Source: Candidatus Iainarchaeum sp.
GTDB taxonomy: Archaea > Iainarchaeota > Iainarchaeia > Iainarchaeales > VGJJ01
Direction of reading: 5' to 3'
DNA length: 32,000 nucleotides
NCBI GenBank assembly: GCA_030688545.1
Contig: JAUYHT010000006.1
Coordinates: 1-32,000 of the forward strand
The position numbers and the translations under genes were made by a program. The notes beneath the pieces are model-generated. The model made no database searches, had not been told where the DNA came from, and was given only the letters and a program-made list of their open reading frames with translations. The first letter of the stretch is position 1. The number at the start of each line of letters is the position of its first letter. Below, one piece after another: positions 30,881-32,000 of the stretch.

Positions 30881-32000
30881 ATGTACACCGAGAGCCAGCA
30901 TACGACTAAACCCAATGGGATGGTGATCGCCAAAGCGACACTCAAGGATGTCTATTCCCCCAAGGATTTGAGAAAGATCCCCGTGGATGAGCTGCCAGCT
31001 ATCGCCCAGGAAATCCGCCAATTGCTCATTGACACCTGCGCCACCAATGGGGGGCATATCGGGGCCAATTTGGGGGTGGTGGAATTGACCATGGCCACGC
31101 ACTACGTGTTCAACACCCCTAAAGATAAGGTCATTTTCGACACCTCGCACCAGTGTTATACCCACAAGATTATCACCGGTCGCCAGGAACAATTTCCCAC
31201 TTTATGCAAATATCCCGGAGGGTTATCCCGATTCATTGTGCGGGGAGAAAGCGAGTACGATTTGTTTTCCGCCGGGCATGCGTCCACAGGTTTGAGTGCA
31301 TCCATGGGGTTTGCGGAAGCGGCTAAGCTCAAGAATGCCGATTACCAAACCGTGTGCATCGTAGGAGATGGCGCCCTCACTGGGGGAATGGCCTTTGAAG
31401 CCCTGAATAATATGGGGTACAACCAGACTGACATTACTATCATTCTCAATGACAACAAAATGGGCATCTCCCATAACGTGGGGGCCATGTATGAGTACCT
31501 CAAACGCCTTTCTGAAGTGTCGACGGAGGAGCAGGGGAGGCGGGGCATCGGAACCATATTTGAAAAGCTGGGATTCAAGTACTATGGTCCCATTGATGGA
31601 CACGATTTCCACGAATTGATCCATCATTTGGATGAGATGAAGCACATCAAGGGGCCTAAGATTTTGCACGTTCTAACGGATAAGGGTCGGGGCGTGGAAT
31701 ACATGCAGAATGACAAAGTGACCTGGCATGAGCACGCGGCGTTTGACATCCCTTCAGGAATGGCCAAGACCAAAATGGACAAGACCAAACCCCAGCATGC
31801 CAGCATTGAATCCATCGCCGTCAATACGCTTATCAAACTGGCTGAGACGGATGAAACTATTATTGCCCTCACAGCGGCGATGGCCACGGGAACCGGAATG
31901 GTCAAATTCGGGGAAAAATTTCCCAAGCGGTTTTATGATGTTGGCATCGCCGAGGAGCATGCGGTGACCTTTTCGGCAGGATTGGCCGCAGAAGGGATGA
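30881..32000 (+). CDS. dxs: 1-deoxy-D-xylulose-5-phosphate synthase (5' partial, runs off the window)
   Basis: Absent from the ORF track because there is no stop in the window. Own translation from ATG 30881 (alternative in-frame ATG 30863): ...NGGHIGANLGVVELTMATHYVFNTPKDKVIFDTSHQCYTHKIITGR...CIVGDGALTGGMAFEALNN...ILNDN...GIAEEHAVTFSAGLAAEGM. Open to position 32000. Confidence 0.9.
   Translation, partial: MYTESQHTTKPNGMVIAKATLKDVYSPKDLRKIPVDELPAIAQEIRQLLIDTCATNGGHIGANLGVVELTMATHYVFNTPKDKVIFDTSHQCYTHKIITGRQEQFPTLCKYPGGLSRFIVRGESEYDLFSAGHASTGLSASMGFAEAAKLKNADYQTVCIVGDGALTGGMAFEALNNMGYNQTDITIILNDNKMGISHNVGAMYEYLKRLSEVSTEEQGRRGIGTIFEKLGFKYYGPIDGHDFHELIHHLDEMKHIKGPKILHVLTDKGRGVEYMQNDKVTWHEHAAFDIPSGMAKTKMDKTKPQHASIESIAVNTLIKLAETDETIIALTAAMATGTGMVKFGEKFPKRFYDVGIAEEHAVTFSAGLAAEGM

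Noticed and set aside
22732-32000. MEP cluster as simple bacterial contamination or a bacterial contig
   Set aside because: Not adopted, because composition looks continuous with the rpl44e/SMC/RecJ region and several genes in and around the cluster have archaeal-style TATA-to-ATG spacing. A chimeric assembly cannot be excluded without read-level data, so it is listed as the key refutation test.
1-32000. Integrase, transposase, rRNA or CRISPR-cas loci
   Set aside because: I scanned all tracked ORFs and intergenic regions. I saw no tyrosine or serine recombinase motifs, no DDE transposase, no rRNA-like sequence and no cas genes other than the stand-alone Cas4-like nuclease.

Overview
Archaeal-looking chromosomal window. 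GC is roughly 50% by eye, with three visibly AT-richer patches at about 1-1300, 11100-11800 and 29800-30800. I can support about 33 protein genes and 2 tRNAs (Ala-CGC, Ser-CGA). I found no rRNA, no CRISPR array and no recognisable integrase or transposase.

Archaeal hallmarks on the contig:
- ribosomal protein L44e
- a class III (archaeal type IV pilin-like) signal-peptide protein
- an archaeal RecJ/GAN-type DHH nuclease
- A/T-rich TATA-like boxes 22-32 nt upstream of many ATGs, consistent with leaderless mRNAs, while genes internal to operons carry GGAGG-type sites or overlap their neighbours

Main observations:
1. The right third (22.7-32 kb) encodes six of the seven enzymes of the bacterial-type MEP/DOXP isoprenoid pathway (dxs, dxr, ispD, ispE, ispF, ispH). 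These are interleaved with an IDI-like Nudix gene, an inositol-monophosphatase-family gene and a 91-aa unknown ORF. Archaea normally use mevalonate routes.
2. A 772-aa ATPase has SMC-type head motifs but a Rad50-type CPVC zinc hook at its exact midpoint. It is translationally coupled to a polytopic membrane protein.
3. A 991-aa HerA/FtsK-like ATPase has a D/E-rich N-terminus and a wHTH-containing C-terminal extension. It is coupled to a 100-aa protein resembling a single TBP-fold half, followed by a small membrane protein. There is no NurA.
4. The 3' end of tRNA-Ser occurs in three copies. They bound structured non-coding DNA and an AT-rich minimal kinase-like ORF, which looks like integration scars.
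5. A membrane-anchored penicillin-acylase-family enzyme carries cysteine-rich, TSP1-like repeat modules.

A VapBC toxin-antitoxin pair, a sulfatase and several orphan or membrane proteins complete the window. All functional calls come from motif recognition by eye; no database search was run.
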